This document shows, in pieces, positions 44,397 to 54,160 of a stretch of DNA of 64,000 bases. Each line of letters opens with the position of its first letter. Position 1 is the stretch's first letter. Both the position numbers and the translations under genes were made by a program. The stretch comes from a virus: positions 64,001 to 128,000 of the IMG/VR virus record IMGVR_UViG_3300044640_002221. One strand, given 5' to 3'. Below the pieces are notes generated by a model, which was given only the letters and a program-made list of their open reading frames with translations, did not search any database and was not told the origin of the DNA.

Positions 44397-44627
44397 TTAT
44401 CTTTTTTTCTTCAATAAGGGATTGTTGTTATAACTCGCCGCATTGTTGTTTGCAAAAGCTAAATATTTTTCAACTTCTGTTATAAAGTTTTTCCTTAGCT
44501 CCTCCTCTGTTTGTCCTTTAAACACTACAACACCATCAGGCGAACAACCTATTACTTTTCCTACCCACTTCCCTTCTTCTTCACTAGCTTCTCCTATGTA
44601 TCGATCATGCTTTAAGTAAACTACCAT
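44397..44627 (-). CDS. HicB-like antitoxin (no HicA partner recognised)
   Basis: YIGE.SEEEGKWVGKVIG...VVFKGQT.EELRKNF..EVEKYL. Confidence 0.7.
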   Translation of the reverse strand: MVVYLKHDRYIGEASEEEGKWVGKVIGCSPDGVVVFKGQTEEELRKNFITEVEKYLAFANNNAASYNNNPLLKKKR

Positions 44628-44640
44628 TCTTCTAACTCTC

Positions 44641-44916
44641 TCACAAACCTAATAACCAATTCCACAACTTCACCAGCTCTGCTACCTCTTTGCAAACTCC
44701 ATCTTCCATCTCACCCGCTCCCCAAACCTTTATATAAGTAACTCCCTCGTCCCCTCTATATAAAGTCAACTTTCTCCTTTCATGCCACCACTCATATACA
44801 TAATCACTGCCATGAGTTCTATTCTCTAAAGGACTCCAGTATTGCAGCCCAAGCCCTCGCACTCTTCCTATAAATCCTCTCAGTAATAGGTTACTCACTA
44901 GCTGTGACTCCTTCAA
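44641..44916 (-). CDS. Hypothetical protein
   Basis: ORF track. Confidence 0.6.
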   Translation of the reverse strand: MKESQLVSNLLLRGFIGRVRGLGLQYWSPLENRTHGSDYVYEWWHERRKLTLYRGDEGVTYIKVWGAGEMEDGVCKEVAELVKLWNWLLGL

Positions 44917-45070
44917 TAATTAAAACTCTTAAAAATAACTCTGGCTCAATCTTTAACAAGAAGTCCTTAAACTCATTAAGGGTCATTGCCTCTCCGTCGG
45001 CAAGACTGAATGATCTTCCTAAGTTAGTCTTAAACACTCTATACTTTGGTTCTGTTCCTTTCATTATTTT

Positions 45071-45253
45071 CTACTCCTTTAATAAAGCTAACAATGGAGC
45101 CACACGCAGCTTATACTCCGCGCCAGCCCCTCCTATTACACAAGAAATATACAACTCATCACTGTCTACCTCTAACCTGTCCACCTTTAAATGAACTACC
45201 TCTGACCTTTCGGTTCCATAGGGTACTGGCGTTAAAGGAGGATAATGTTTCAT
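45071..45253 (-). CDS. Hypothetical protein
   Basis: First ORF downstream of the strong promoter. Confidence 0.55.
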   Translation of the reverse strand: MKHYPPLTPVPYGTERSEVVHLKVDRLEVDSDELYISCVIGGAGAEYKLRVAPLLALLKE

Positions 45254-45568
45254 TGGTATTTCATAATTTACCCACAGCCCGCCTCGCTCCTACTCTTTTA
45301 TTCTACTCTTACCTTTTTTCTCATTATTAACCACTTACAAACACCACAAAACACCCCACAAATGGCTATATAGCTTGCAAGGGTGCTATGTTGGGGTTAA
45401 AGTACCTAATTATTAGAATCCCTCGTGAGCTTGCGCTCCGAGGGACTTTGAAGTGTTAATTGGTAAGAATAGTTATTGCAAAATAATGAAGGCAGAAAAG
45501 GTGGGGGATTGATTGTATCACAGCTCACAACTGTACTGAGATAACAACTTAAACTTTCCCTTATTACC

Positions 45569-45597
45569 AGTATACAACCTTATTACAACCCTGTCAA
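45569..45597 (-). promoter_or_regulatory. Near-consensus sigma70 promoter
   Basis: TTGACA (45597-45592), 17-nt spacer, TATACT (45574-45569). Confidence 0.8.
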
Positions 45598-45993
45598 GGG
45601 GTAAAACAAAGAAATATTGTTAAGAAATAATAAAGATTTTGACAAGAATTGTTAAGTGCGGCTGTAGTACAAGAAAAAAGGATTAAAAGATAAGAATAAG
45701 GATAGACACAACAAAACTCACTTATACCGCAGTAGGGTTAAGAGAAATTAAGGTGAGCTACTAAGGACTTCACCGGGCGGTCTATTTGGTTCGTATCTGT
45801 GAGATTGAGGGAGGTTCTCTGCACTTCTGTTATCTTTTAGGACCTGTCATGCCCAATCTATTTGACCAGGAGATGTTAAGGGGACTAGACTCAGGAAATG
45901 AATTGAACTGCGATCGCTCTCGGTTTGGTTCTTGACGCTACCAGGAACCTGACTTATCGCTACTTGCTTTCTCAAGGCAGTAATGCGGCTGTC

Positions 45994-46042
45994 CTTTCTA
46001 CTTCTATAACTATCATATAACAATAGTTATAGAAGTAGAAAG
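45994..46042. repeat. Perfect 20-bp inverted repeat with 9-nt spacer
   Basis: CTTTCTACTTCTATAACTAT-CATATAACA-ATAGTTATAGAAGTAGAAAG. Confidence 0.9.
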
Positions 46043-46318
46043 AATTTTGGAAATATTTTTTAAATCTTTTTCTTTGAGATTTGGTTGTTTATTGCGGCTG
46101 TACCGAAAAAAGAAGAAGCTAGAAATCCTAACTCCCGGCTGCTTTAAAGCTCTGATAGTTTACAAATCAATCTACCATTACCTAATCTATCTAAAGCTAC
46201 TAACTCATCCTCTGTTAGAGGGGGGGGGCAGTTGAACGAAGTAAACACATCCACTACTTTCTCTGATTCAGTTCTTGGTCATTCTTGATAGCTTTAGTTA
46301 TTCTGCTTGCTACATCAT

Positions 46319-46741
46319 TCATCTTGAATACTCCGCTGCTAGTTTGTCTACCTTTCTATTGAGATAAGCTGAGCTGCTATTACTATTCTGATGCCCGCGC
46401 ACCCACTTTGCTTTCAGCTCTACCTCATCACCTACAGTATCTCTCAGAGCCTGTTGAATCTCTTTCAGGTCTGAACGTCTACTAAATCTTTCTTCTACAG
46501 CGTTAATTGCCAGTTTGAGAGCTTGTTGAGAGTCTGACCTTACTAACACTCCTTCTATCTTTCTCCACTTCTCCACGCACTCTCTGATGCCCTGGACTAT
46601 GGCAAACAGCTCACAGGCTATAGAATCTCTATAACTACACTTTCCTCCACGTTCTAGCTTACCGTAGCTAGAAACTCCATATATACCATAACCACCTAGC
46701 CCGCTGGCATCGGTGTATAACGTCACCCAGTTGCTTTCCAT
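46319..46741 (-). CDS. rnhA: Ribonuclease HI
   Basis: LYTDAS, CELFAI, RSDSQ, WVRGH, N..VDKLA (D-E-D-D tetrad). Confidence 0.88.
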   Translation of the reverse strand: MESNWVTLYTDASGLGGYGIYGVSSYGKLERGGKCSYRDSIACELFAIVQGIRECVEKWRKIEGVLVRSDSQQALKLAINAVEERFSRRSDLKEIQQALRDTVGDEVELKAKWVRGHQNSNSSSAYLNRKVDKLAAEYSR

Positions 46742-46849
46742 CTCTGATAACTCTGATAATCATAATTTGTTTTAGAAGTCCTGCGTGTAGTTGTTGTTGA
46801 CGAAGTAATTACCACTGTCTTGTACCTGTGTAGTGTATGTGGACAATAA

Positions 46850-46905
46850 GACCACCGCCCATTCGATGGGCAGCCCTCCCAGTTGGGAATCAGGCTTGGA
46901 TGGTC
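46850..46905. ncRNA. Possible compact three-way-junction RNA
   Basis: GACCA/TGGTC encloses GCCCA-TTCGA-TGGGC and AGCC..TCCC-AGTT-GGGA..GGCT; strand unknown. Confidence 0.4.
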
Positions 46906-46914
46906 TAGTTAGCT

Positions 46915-47109
46915 TTAAGTCATGTAGTGTATGTTAGTAATCCAATGAATGATTACTGCTTTACCATTCTTGCCATTATATTCATTGTTTAGTGCTGTAG
47001 CCCAACTCATTGCGTTACTTTTAGTTGTTGGACTTTCTGATTTACCACTAGCGCCTGTGGTTTCATTAAACCAGCAAACAACGTACTGCTTTTCTTCTTT
47101 ACTGGGCAT
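46915..47109 (-). CDS. Hypothetical protein
   Basis: RBS AGAGGA; YVVCWFNE.TG. Confidence 0.65.
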   Translation of the reverse strand: MPSKEEKQYVVCWFNETTGASGKSESPTTKSNAMSWATALNNEYNGKNGKAVIIHWITNIHYMT

Positions 47110-47256
47110 AGAATCCTCTTTTGTTTAAACTGTGTCTGAGTCTGGTAGGGAGTGGAAATTAGTTATAGAGTTAATTTCACTCTTTAGCTTCAAAGCTTCC
47201 TGCCAGACTGAATACTCTTGCTTCTTCTTGTTCATTTAATTTAAAGGTTAGTCTCT

Positions 47257-48369
47257 TCAACTAACCCACATTGGAGCCATTATCACCAGCGATCGCACTT
47301 CGGGTGCTTCTGGCATTAATGACCTTTGTAATAATGCTAATCCTAGCCCCACTGGAATGATAACTACCGCTATCAGCCCGGTAGAGGCGAAGGCTTGAAT
47401 AATCATTATAAAGATGATTACAGTCGGGTCTGGTTCTATCCTTTCAGTTGACATCCAGTACACCACAATAGCTGGTAGCACTCCTAATAAAAACACAGCT
47501 ACTAAGGGATAAAACCCTAAACCTTGACCATCTAAGGCTGGTGATTGAGTAAGTTTGTTAGTAGTGAGGAGTAAATCAGCAAGTGGTGTTTTGCTTGCAC
47601 TACCCCCACCTCTGATAATCAATCCCAGATTCCATGCTTCTAAAGCCACACTCACGAGATTAGCTATTAATACTCTATATACTCCAGGAGCTATTAGAGC
47701 ATTAGTAGCCGCAGAGAGTGATAAGCCCGGTGTTATCCAGGCTAAACCAAACACATACAATACCAAACTCACTCCAGGCGGTTGGTCTATCCCTCTTTCT
47801 GCTAGACTCTTGCCGGGATACTGCGGGTCTATAAGATTAGGTATTGCTAACCCTGCTAGTAGGGGAAGCATTGGCGTGTTTACTAACCAGAACATCTTGA
47901 GTAACCAAAACACTACCGCCGCTATTCCTACACTCATTGCAGTGAGTGTCAAGAAGCCGAGGTAAGTGCCTCTATGCCATACATCTTTATTGAGGTATAT
48001 GAGTGAGCCTACTATTAGCAAGGCTACTACTCCAGTTAAATAACCTGGTGGTTTTGGTATTGGAAGCCAGAGGAATGCGACCAGCGTTATCACTCTTGCT
48101 ACTTTCATCCACCCTGCACCAGATAACTCAACTGCTGACTCCTCCCCGCGTGCTAGTAATTGGTTAACGTCTACATCTTCATTAAGTAGATAAACCAATA
48201 AGTAAGCCAGCACCACTGCTATCACTTTGGCAGGTGGACTGGCTTGTAAGTAATGTGAGATTGTGAGAGTTGCCGCCCCTGCTATATAAGGACTGGTTAA
48301 GGAATATTTTGCTAAGGCAGTCGTTGTCCATAAGAACAGGAGCAGTGCGATAGCTAAAGTGAGATTCAT
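47257..48369 (-). CDS. Multi-pass integral membrane protein
   Basis: About ten hydrophobic segments; family not recognised. Confidence 0.75.
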   Translation of the reverse strand: MNLTLAIALLLFLWTTTALAKYSLTSPYIAGAATLTISHYLQASPPAKVIAVVLAYLLVYLLNEDVDVNQLLARGEESAVELSGAGWMKVARVITLVAFLWLPIPKPPGYLTGVVALLIVGSLIYLNKDVWHRGTYLGFLTLTAMSVGIAAVVFWLLKMFWLVNTPMLPLLAGLAIPNLIDPQYPGKSLAERGIDQPPGVSLVLYVFGLAWITPGLSLSAATNALIAPGVYRVLIANLVSVALEAWNLGLIIRGGGSASKTPLADLLLTTNKLTQSPALDGQGLGFYPLVAVFLLGVLPAIVVYWMSTERIEPDPTVIIFIMIIQAFASTGLIAVVIIPVGLGLALLQRSLMPEAPEVRSLVIMAPMWVS

Positions 48370-48456
48370 ATAGTGGTGAAAGTGGTACTAATTCCTTACT
48401 CTATTCTTTTTTCTGGCAGCCTAATATCCTTTCTACTTAGTTGATATAAGGGTCAA

Positions 48457-48885
48457 TCATTTCTTACACTCCACAGTTTCATAAGTTCCATTAGGCTTGC
48501 CGAACCTATCGGTAATCTCTTGATAGCCTACAACTCTTGCACCTGACTGGCTTATGCGAACTGCCTCTCGGCAAGCAGTCCGTACACCTTTATGCAAGGT
48601 ATTTTGCTCTAACTCCCGGTCTTTGTTCACCACTACATCAATCCATTCACTACCAATAGCTAACGCCGCCCTAACTTCTATTTCCCCTCTTTCAGTTGAA
48701 AGGATTATAGTGTCGTTAAAACGACCTGTCCTAGTTACTATTGCTTCTTTATACAATCCGGTAGATTCATTTCTCCAAGGTGAGGCTGGTGCTGCTGATA
48801 TAGGTAAAGAACGATAGGAGTCTAACCCTGCGACTGCTAATAGTACAAACACTAACACTTGTAGGAAGTTTTTCATTGCTTCCAA
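48457..48885 (-). CDS. Secreted or membrane-anchored hypothetical protein
   Basis: N-terminal hydrophobic signal (FLQVLVFVLLAVAG). Confidence 0.7.
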   Translation of the reverse strand: MEAMKNFLQVLVFVLLAVAGLDSYRSLPISAAPASPWRNESTGLYKEAIVTRTGRFNDTIILSTERGEIEVRAALAIGSEWIDVVVNKDRELEQNTLHKGVRTACREAVRISQSGARVVGYQEITDRFGKPNGTYETVECKK

Positions 48886-49184
48886 CCTACAAGTGTTGGA
48901 CGGTTATAACCATCTACAGATAGTCTTGCTGTACCATTACCTAATACCTTCACAGCTTGGCGTGTGTCTTCAACTCTCATTCTCTTGCCATCAAACAGCA
49001 GAACTACACAGGTAACACTACAAAAGCCCCGCACCTCAGCCTTTACACTATAAGTCCCTGGAGCTGGATAAACAGAATACTTTAACTCTGGATACTCTCC
49101 ACTTGCAGGACTGACAGCGAGCCCAGCTAACCCTAAACACCCAAGGCTGCTGATGAGCAGCCATACAATCTTCACTCTTTCCAT
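48873..49184 (-). CDS. Secreted hypothetical protein
   Basis: N-terminal signal-like segment. Confidence 0.7.
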   Translation of the reverse strand: MERVKIVWLLISSLGCLGLAGLAVSPASGEYPELKYSVYPAPGTYSVKAEVRGFCSVTCVVLLFDGKRMRVEDTRQAVKVLGNGTARLSVDGYNRPTLVGWKQ

Positions 49185-49310
49185 TGGTACTTTTACAGTA
49201 ATGATTATTGAATCATAGTCTGAAAGTGTTTGATAGGGTTTGAGAGTTTATGAAAGAGTTTGTTGGAAATGTGTCCAGTAAAATGGACACATTTAGGAGT
49301 GAGGATTGCT

Positions 49311-49901
49311 TTAGACGTAGGTTAAGCTGGTGAGCTTTGTAGACTCTCTTAGATTAAGTTCATACTCTGCCAAGCTAGGACGTTCAGGACGTTTGATAGG
49401 TACATCAACTCTAATACCCTTGCTCACAGGTTGTTCAAGGATAGAGACTAGTAAAACTTCACCTTGAGGAAAGAATAGGATGCGACCACCCGCTTCAGGT
49501 TTAGCAGAACGAAGGTAATCACCCCCGTCCTGCTTCTTAAATAGCAAGTCATCATTGTCATGCTCAATGGTTAGTTCAGTTGGACTGGTGGATAACTCTA
49601 CCTCACCATTAGGGAATAGAACAGTCCAGCAACCGCTAGCTGGTTTGTTCACAAAGGGAACTACTAGCTCCATAGTCACATTGTTGAAGCTTGACTCTAG
49701 CTTCTCGTCCCAAAACTCATGGGTTCTTTCGTATATTAATGAGTCAGTCGTGCGGAACCACTCTGCCCGCAATAGGATAGCCAATACTCCGCTTACATGG
49801 TGTTCAGGAAACTTTGAGCCTACAGCTTTGATAACTATCTTGGCTCGAACTTCAGATACTCTCTGAACAGTTCCTCTGTGTAAGATTCTTTCTGCAGTCA
49901 T
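49311..49901 (-). CDS. Hypothetical protein
   Basis: ORF track. Confidence 0.65.
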   Translation of the reverse strand: MTAERILHRGTVQRVSEVRAKIVIKAVGSKFPEHHVSGVLAILLRAEWFRTTDSLIYERTHEFWDEKLESSFNNVTMELVVPFVNKPASGCWTVLFPNGEVELSTSPTELTIEHDNDDLLFKKQDGGDYLRSAKPEAGGRILFFPQGEVLLVSILEQPVSKGIRVDVPIKRPERPSLAEYELNLRESTKLTSLTYV

Positions 49902-49983
49902 GATACTATGCTCCGATACTATAAGCGATGTGACTATTAGAAAACAAGCTTGCGGCTTATTTACCTTGCTCTTTTCTTTTTTC

Positions 49984-50187
49984 TTACTTTAAAACTCTCT
50001 GTGGTTCATCACCCTCAGCTTCCTCACAGTTTCTATGAACCATTCCTACAGGCTTCAAGCTGTAAGGTGGATATAACCAATAAGGTCTATTACTGTATCT
50101 GAAGGTAATCTTGCCTCCGCAGAGCCAGCAGTAGTTCCCTGGTGGACTGTTATTGTAAGGTGGTTGATTTATGTTGTCGTAGTTCAT
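49984..50187 (-). CDS. Hypothetical Zn-finger-like protein
   Basis: CWLC...HRNC. Confidence 0.55.
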   Translation of the reverse strand: MNYDNINQPPYNNSPPGNYCWLCGGKITFRYSNRPYWLYPPYSLKPVGMVHRNCEEAEGDEPQRVLK

Positions 50188-50264
50188 AGCTTATATAGAA
50201 AAGAAAGAATAAAGAAGATAGAAAGATAAATAAAAGAAGAAAGGGCGGCTGCGCCCTCTATTCT

Positions 50265-50723
50265 CTAATTAGTAATGTAGTCTTTAATCCAGTAGATTAA
50301 CTCCTGTAAGAAATCATCAGAGTCTCTGCTGAGGTCTCTTGGAGCTTCTGCTACCATTGTGGAGATTCTAACCATCTGCTCTGCAAGCACATTTATCGTA
50401 TGACAGGCTAATGGGCTTATCTCCTGTAAGGCTTTACCTAAGTCACTCTCCGATTCTATAATTCACTGCAGAAGCTCGCAGGGAACACTTTCTCTAGAGT
50501 AGTGGGCTGCTGGATTCTGAGTAGCCCATAGTTGTCTGAGATGGTCTACAGGTATATAAGCTTCTACTCTGCTCATCTCTCTACCATCACAATCTTCTAC
50601 GGTTACACCAGATAAATCATGCCTTAACCTACTGACGTTGATATAGTTCTGTTTAACAGCCAGCACTTCATCTTCCGGCAGGTCACTGTTAGCGTCTACC
50701 AGAATCCATTTGATATCTGTCAT
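50265..50723 (-). pseudogene. Paralog of 50776..51372 with an internal TGA at a Trp position
   Basis: CELLQ*IIE aligns with YEIILWHQ; the frame stays open 65 codons to ELIYWIKDYITN (paralog: ELVYWLKEYIAG). Confidence 0.75.
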
Positions 50724-50775
50724 TACTCTTTCTCCCTTTTGTTTTAATAGGAAAGAGGGTTGCCCCTCTCTCAAT

Positions 50776-51372
50776 TTACTCTTGACCAGCAATATATTCC
50801 TTGAGCCAATAAACAAGCTCATCCATTACTACTGTGTCAGCAATCATCTGTTCTGCACGCTTCTCCTGATAAGTTTCCTTAACCATTCCCTCGGCTATAA
50901 ATCTTATTAGCTTGGTACAGTCTAAAGGACACTCTTTTAAAGCAGAGTGGAGAGGTTCTTTTAAGACCTGCTCGCCATCTTTTTGGTGCCAGAGTATGAT
51001 TTCATAAGCCTGACTCTCTTTAGAGTACCTAGCTGCTGGGTTCTGTTCATCCCACAGTTGCCTGAGTTCTTCCAGAGGTATGTAACCAGCCCCAACCACA
51101 AAAGTAGGGCTTTTATCTTCATTAATGATTGGTACATCTGAAACAAGCCTTAAGGAGGACAAGTACATCATCCCCTCTTTACTGATAGCCAGCACCACAC
51201 CTTCCGGTAAGTTCTCAGCATCTATGGGAATCCATTTAACCTGATTGCTTGTAGAATCTGTCATTGTTTGGGACTCCTCTTCGGTTTCTGTCATTCTTGT
51301 TGTTGCCTCATTAATAAAGCTAACGTTGGAATCATGAACAAGCATACTATCACTGCCTGCAAGCTTCCCCAA
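50776..51372 (-). CDS. Hypothetical protein (true start likely internal)
   Basis: KWI.....LPE..VLA...YIP...LRQLW..QNPAA.YS.ES is shared with the neighbouring gene. Confidence 0.7.
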   Translation of the reverse strand: MGKLAGSDSMLVHDSNVSFINEATTRMTETEEESQTMTDSTSNQVKWIPIDAENLPEGVVLAISKEGMMYLSSLRLVSDVPIINEDKSPTFVVGAGYIPLEELRQLWDEQNPAARYSKESQAYEIILWHQKDGEQVLKEPLHSALKECPLDCTKLIRFIAEGMVKETYQEKRAEQMIADTVVMDELVYWLKEYIAGQE

Positions 51373-51584
51373 TCAGAGAACAGCTCTTGGACACCAAACA
51401 CTATCATGATTGGCAGTAAGCAGGCTGTGGCTACACAGAAGTGATATAACCAGAAGGTCTGGTCATCAAGAAACATCAGAAAGTATCTGAGATTGTAGTT
51501 GAGTAAGAGGACAGACATTGCTGTCAGCACTCCTATAGATACTTTTAGCAGGGCTGTTAATGGTTCAAATAACATCTGTTCCAT
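51291..51584 (-). CDS. Small membrane protein
   Basis: Three hydrophobic segments. Confidence 0.6.
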   Translation of the reverse strand: MEQMLFEPLTALLKVSIGVLTAMSVLLLNYNLRYFLMFLDDQTFWLYHFCVATACLLPIMIVFGVQELFSDWGSLQAVIVCLFMIPTLALLMRQQQE

Positions 51585-51820
51585 TAATCTTCCTTCTGTC
51601 CTTGTACCACTCCAGCAGCAACCAGTGGGGCTGTGCTGACTAAAGCTGTGGTTTCTGATTTATTTACAGCAGCACTTACAAAACCACCGACTGCTACTAC
51701 TGCTAACGCCGCTGAGGCAATACTAGCTAAATCATTCTTGGCTTCACGTTTAGACATTTTTTTCAGCTTTCTGTATTGTTGATTGAGGGACATCGCGGCT
51801 GCTTTGCCCCTCTCTATCAT
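51584..51820 (-). CDS. Small membrane protein
   Basis: AALAVVAVGGFVSAAV. Confidence 0.55.
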   Translation of the reverse strand: MIERGKAAAMSLNQQYRKLKKMSKREAKNDLASIASAALAVVAVGGFVSAAVNKSETTALVSTAPLVAAGVVQGQKED

Positions 51821-52804
51821 CTATGGACGTTTGTAAACCCAGTTACCAGAAGACACCTTGCTAGGAGCTTCTATAGAGCCACCACTGCGAGAGTCAATGC
51901 TCACAGTGTCACTGGCTTTACCAATGAGTTTGAAAGCGCCGGGAGTCCAGCCTTTTAGAATTATGCCAATAGACTCCCGTTCTTTATCGAAGTCAGATTC
52001 TTCATAAGGAAGACCCGTTGCTGGGTTGATTGAAGCAGCTGCAATCTTAATCTTCTCATCGCCTGAAAGAGGACGCATACGAACGTCGCAGAGAAATAGG
52101 AAGTTGCCCTCCTTACCATCCACGTTGGTAAGGTAAGGTCTTATGTTTGTATACTCCTTGTCCTTGGAGTAATTCTCATTTCCAACTTCTTGGTAGAACT
52201 CAGCGTGAGTGTGAAGATAACCAATTTCTTTCTGGGTCAAAAGACCCGCTTCAACAACATCGTCTCCAAGATCTAGAGACAGGGAGCGGAAGCCAGTTAA
52301 CCAAGGAACTTTTTCACCTGGTTTTAAATTAGTCTTTGCCTTATTGTCTTTGGACAGTGAAATAAACTGAAAGCTTGTGCGGTCAACAACAGCAGAGAGT
52401 CTGAACTTGGTGCTGACTACACCAACACTTGATACACCATCTTCATCCTCAACTTGAGGACTGACGGTTACTGCCTGCTCTAGGACGATGTTCAAAAATC
52501 TATCTTTTATCATTTGTGTTGGAATGATAAAGTGACTAGCACCTTGTTCAGCTTGCTGCCAGAAGAACTCCGGCATTAACTTGGCTAGGTGTTCGCGTGA
52601 CCCACCTTCTTGAAGCATATCAATGAACTCTTGAGGTGTTAACTCAGAAGATGAACGAGTAACTTGAGACTGAGATTCTGTTTGGTTATTGTTTGGACGT
52701 GGCATGATAGTTTTCCTTTTAGTGGTTTGATAGTTTGCTGAGAGTGTTTGATTTGTGGTCTGTCTCTCATTCCCTTTTCTTTTTTCTTCATTTAAAAAGA
52801 CCAC
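51821..52804 (-). CDS. Hypothetical protein (likely start MPRPNNN)
   Basis: ORF track. Confidence 0.7.
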   Translation of the reverse strand: MVFLNEEKRKGNERQTTNQTLSANYQTTKRKTIMPRPNNNQTESQSQVTRSSSELTPQEFIDMLQEGGSREHLAKLMPEFFWQQAEQGASHFIIPTQMIKDRFLNIVLEQAVTVSPQVEDEDGVSSVGVVSTKFRLSAVVDRTSFQFISLSKDNKAKTNLKPGEKVPWLTGFRSLSLDLGDDVVEAGLLTQKEIGYLHTHAEFYQEVGNENYSKDKEYTNIRPYLTNVDGKEGNFLFLCDVRMRPLSGDEKIKIAAASINPATGLPYEESDFDKERESIGIILKGWTPGAFKLIGKASDTVSIDSRSGGSIEAPSKVSSGNWVYKRP

Positions 52805-52980
52805 AGTTGCTCCCAGAGCTGGGTAGGCTTTAGGGAAACTGCAGTCTTTTTGTGAGGATAAAGCTCGGCTTTCGGGGTGTGGAAGAAACCACAGTTATCT
52901 ACTAGCACGGCCTTGTTCCATTCCCTTTTCTTTTTTCTTAAATTAAAAAGGCAGAGAGGTTAATACTCTCTGCCTATTAC

Positions 52981-53793
52981 TCAAAACCCGTAGGCTTCTG
53001 TTTCGCTCTCTACGACGCTGTAAATGCGTCCTGAACCCCGCTTGTTATAAACAGTAACCATTTTCAGCTTTTGAAGAAGGTTGAGGTCGTAAGACACAGT
53101 GGAAGCAGCACAAGGAAAACCTTGCTCAGATAGAGCTTGTGCAATCTGGACTTGCTGTAGTCCTTCTTGTCCACGCTCTCTGATCAATCTTATTAATGCT
53201 TCCCGGCGTTCTATGGTTTTAAGAGTCGCGTTCTCTCTTGGTGAGAGAACTATATGTAAAGGTTGAAATATCTCTTCCTTTATTTCTTCTGGTAGTTCTT
53301 TAACCAGCTTTGGACGTGAGTAAACCACCGGAGTAGGCATAGGCTCTTCAACCTCTTCAACCTCTACAGGTTCTTCAACTTTGAAGTTAGTAAACTCACA
53401 GCTTGTAAGCTTACCTTCTTTGGTAAGCTCCAGCTTTAAATCTCTAGTTTGGATAACTAGACTATCTTTGTCGTCTAATGCTTCCTGAATCAGTAAAGCT
53501 ATTGATTCAGGAATTGAGATGATTAAATTTGCCATTGATGTTTCCTTCACCACTGTGTTTGGTTTAATTTCGCTATCTGTGAACAGTTCCTCTAATAACA
53601 GAGCTTCTAGAAAGCTCCTCCTCTGCTTTGTAGTCCAGAATCCTTTTTCTTCTCTCCAAAATAGGAGTCTAGATATAAAGTGCTCTGCTGGTAGATTTAA
53701 AGCTTGCCCACGCTTTACCAGCTCTTGCTCGGATGTGAAACTTTCACATCTGGAGCTTGAAGAAGTATTTAGGTGTGAAGACAATTCACTCAT
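52981..53793 (-). CDS. Protein with C-terminal winged-helix (ArgR/DeoR-like) domain
   Basis: RREALIRLIRE...Q.QIAQAL.EQGF...STVSYDL..L. Confidence 0.65.
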   Translation of the reverse strand: MSELSSHLNTSSSSRCESFTSEQELVKRGQALNLPAEHFISRLLFWREEKGFWTTKQRRSFLEALLLEELFTDSEIKPNTVVKETSMANLIISIPESIALLIQEALDDKDSLVIQTRDLKLELTKEGKLTSCEFTNFKVEEPVEVEEVEEPMPTPVVYSRPKLVKELPEEIKEEIFQPLHIVLSPRENATLKTIERREALIRLIRERGQEGLQQVQIAQALSEQGFPCAASTVSYDLNLLQKLKMVTVYNKRGSGRIYSVVESETEAYGF

Positions 53794-53890
53794 TACAAAC
53801 TCTTATAAGTTATCAAACTCTTTTCTTTTTTTCTTTTAAGGGGCTTAAAGCCCCAACGAACTGTTCGTTGCTCAAGTTGAGCACGGCGGC

Positions 53891-54157
53891 TCACCCTTTC
53901 ACAACTTCCACACTGTCAGGGTCAACCCCCCAGCGCAGACTGTACTGTAGCCTGAGATTAGCTATCGTAGCATGAAGACCTTTCATGCCACTTACTTTAC
54001 TCTGTACCACTGTCTTGACGTTATGATACGCCTTGGCTGCTAAAGACACCTGGATGTAGTAGGTTTTGCTGGGGTTCAGCTTTATAGCCTTATGTAACCC
54101 CTCTTCTATATTGTACTCCCCAACTATGGGACATTTACGGTACGGGTTTGTAGTCAT
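53891..54157 (-). CDS. Hypothetical protein
   Basis: ORF track. Confidence 0.65.
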   Translation of the reverse strand: MTTNPYRKCPIVGEYNIEEGLHKAIKLNPSKTYYIQVSLAAKAYHNVKTVVQSKVSGMKGLHATIANLRLQYSLRWGVDPDSVEVVKG

Positions 54158-54160
54158 AGC

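Noticed and set aside
13341-45530. NtcA boxes (GTA-N8-TAC) near promoters
   Set aside because: Only imperfect matches (N7 spacing or a CAC half-site) were seen.
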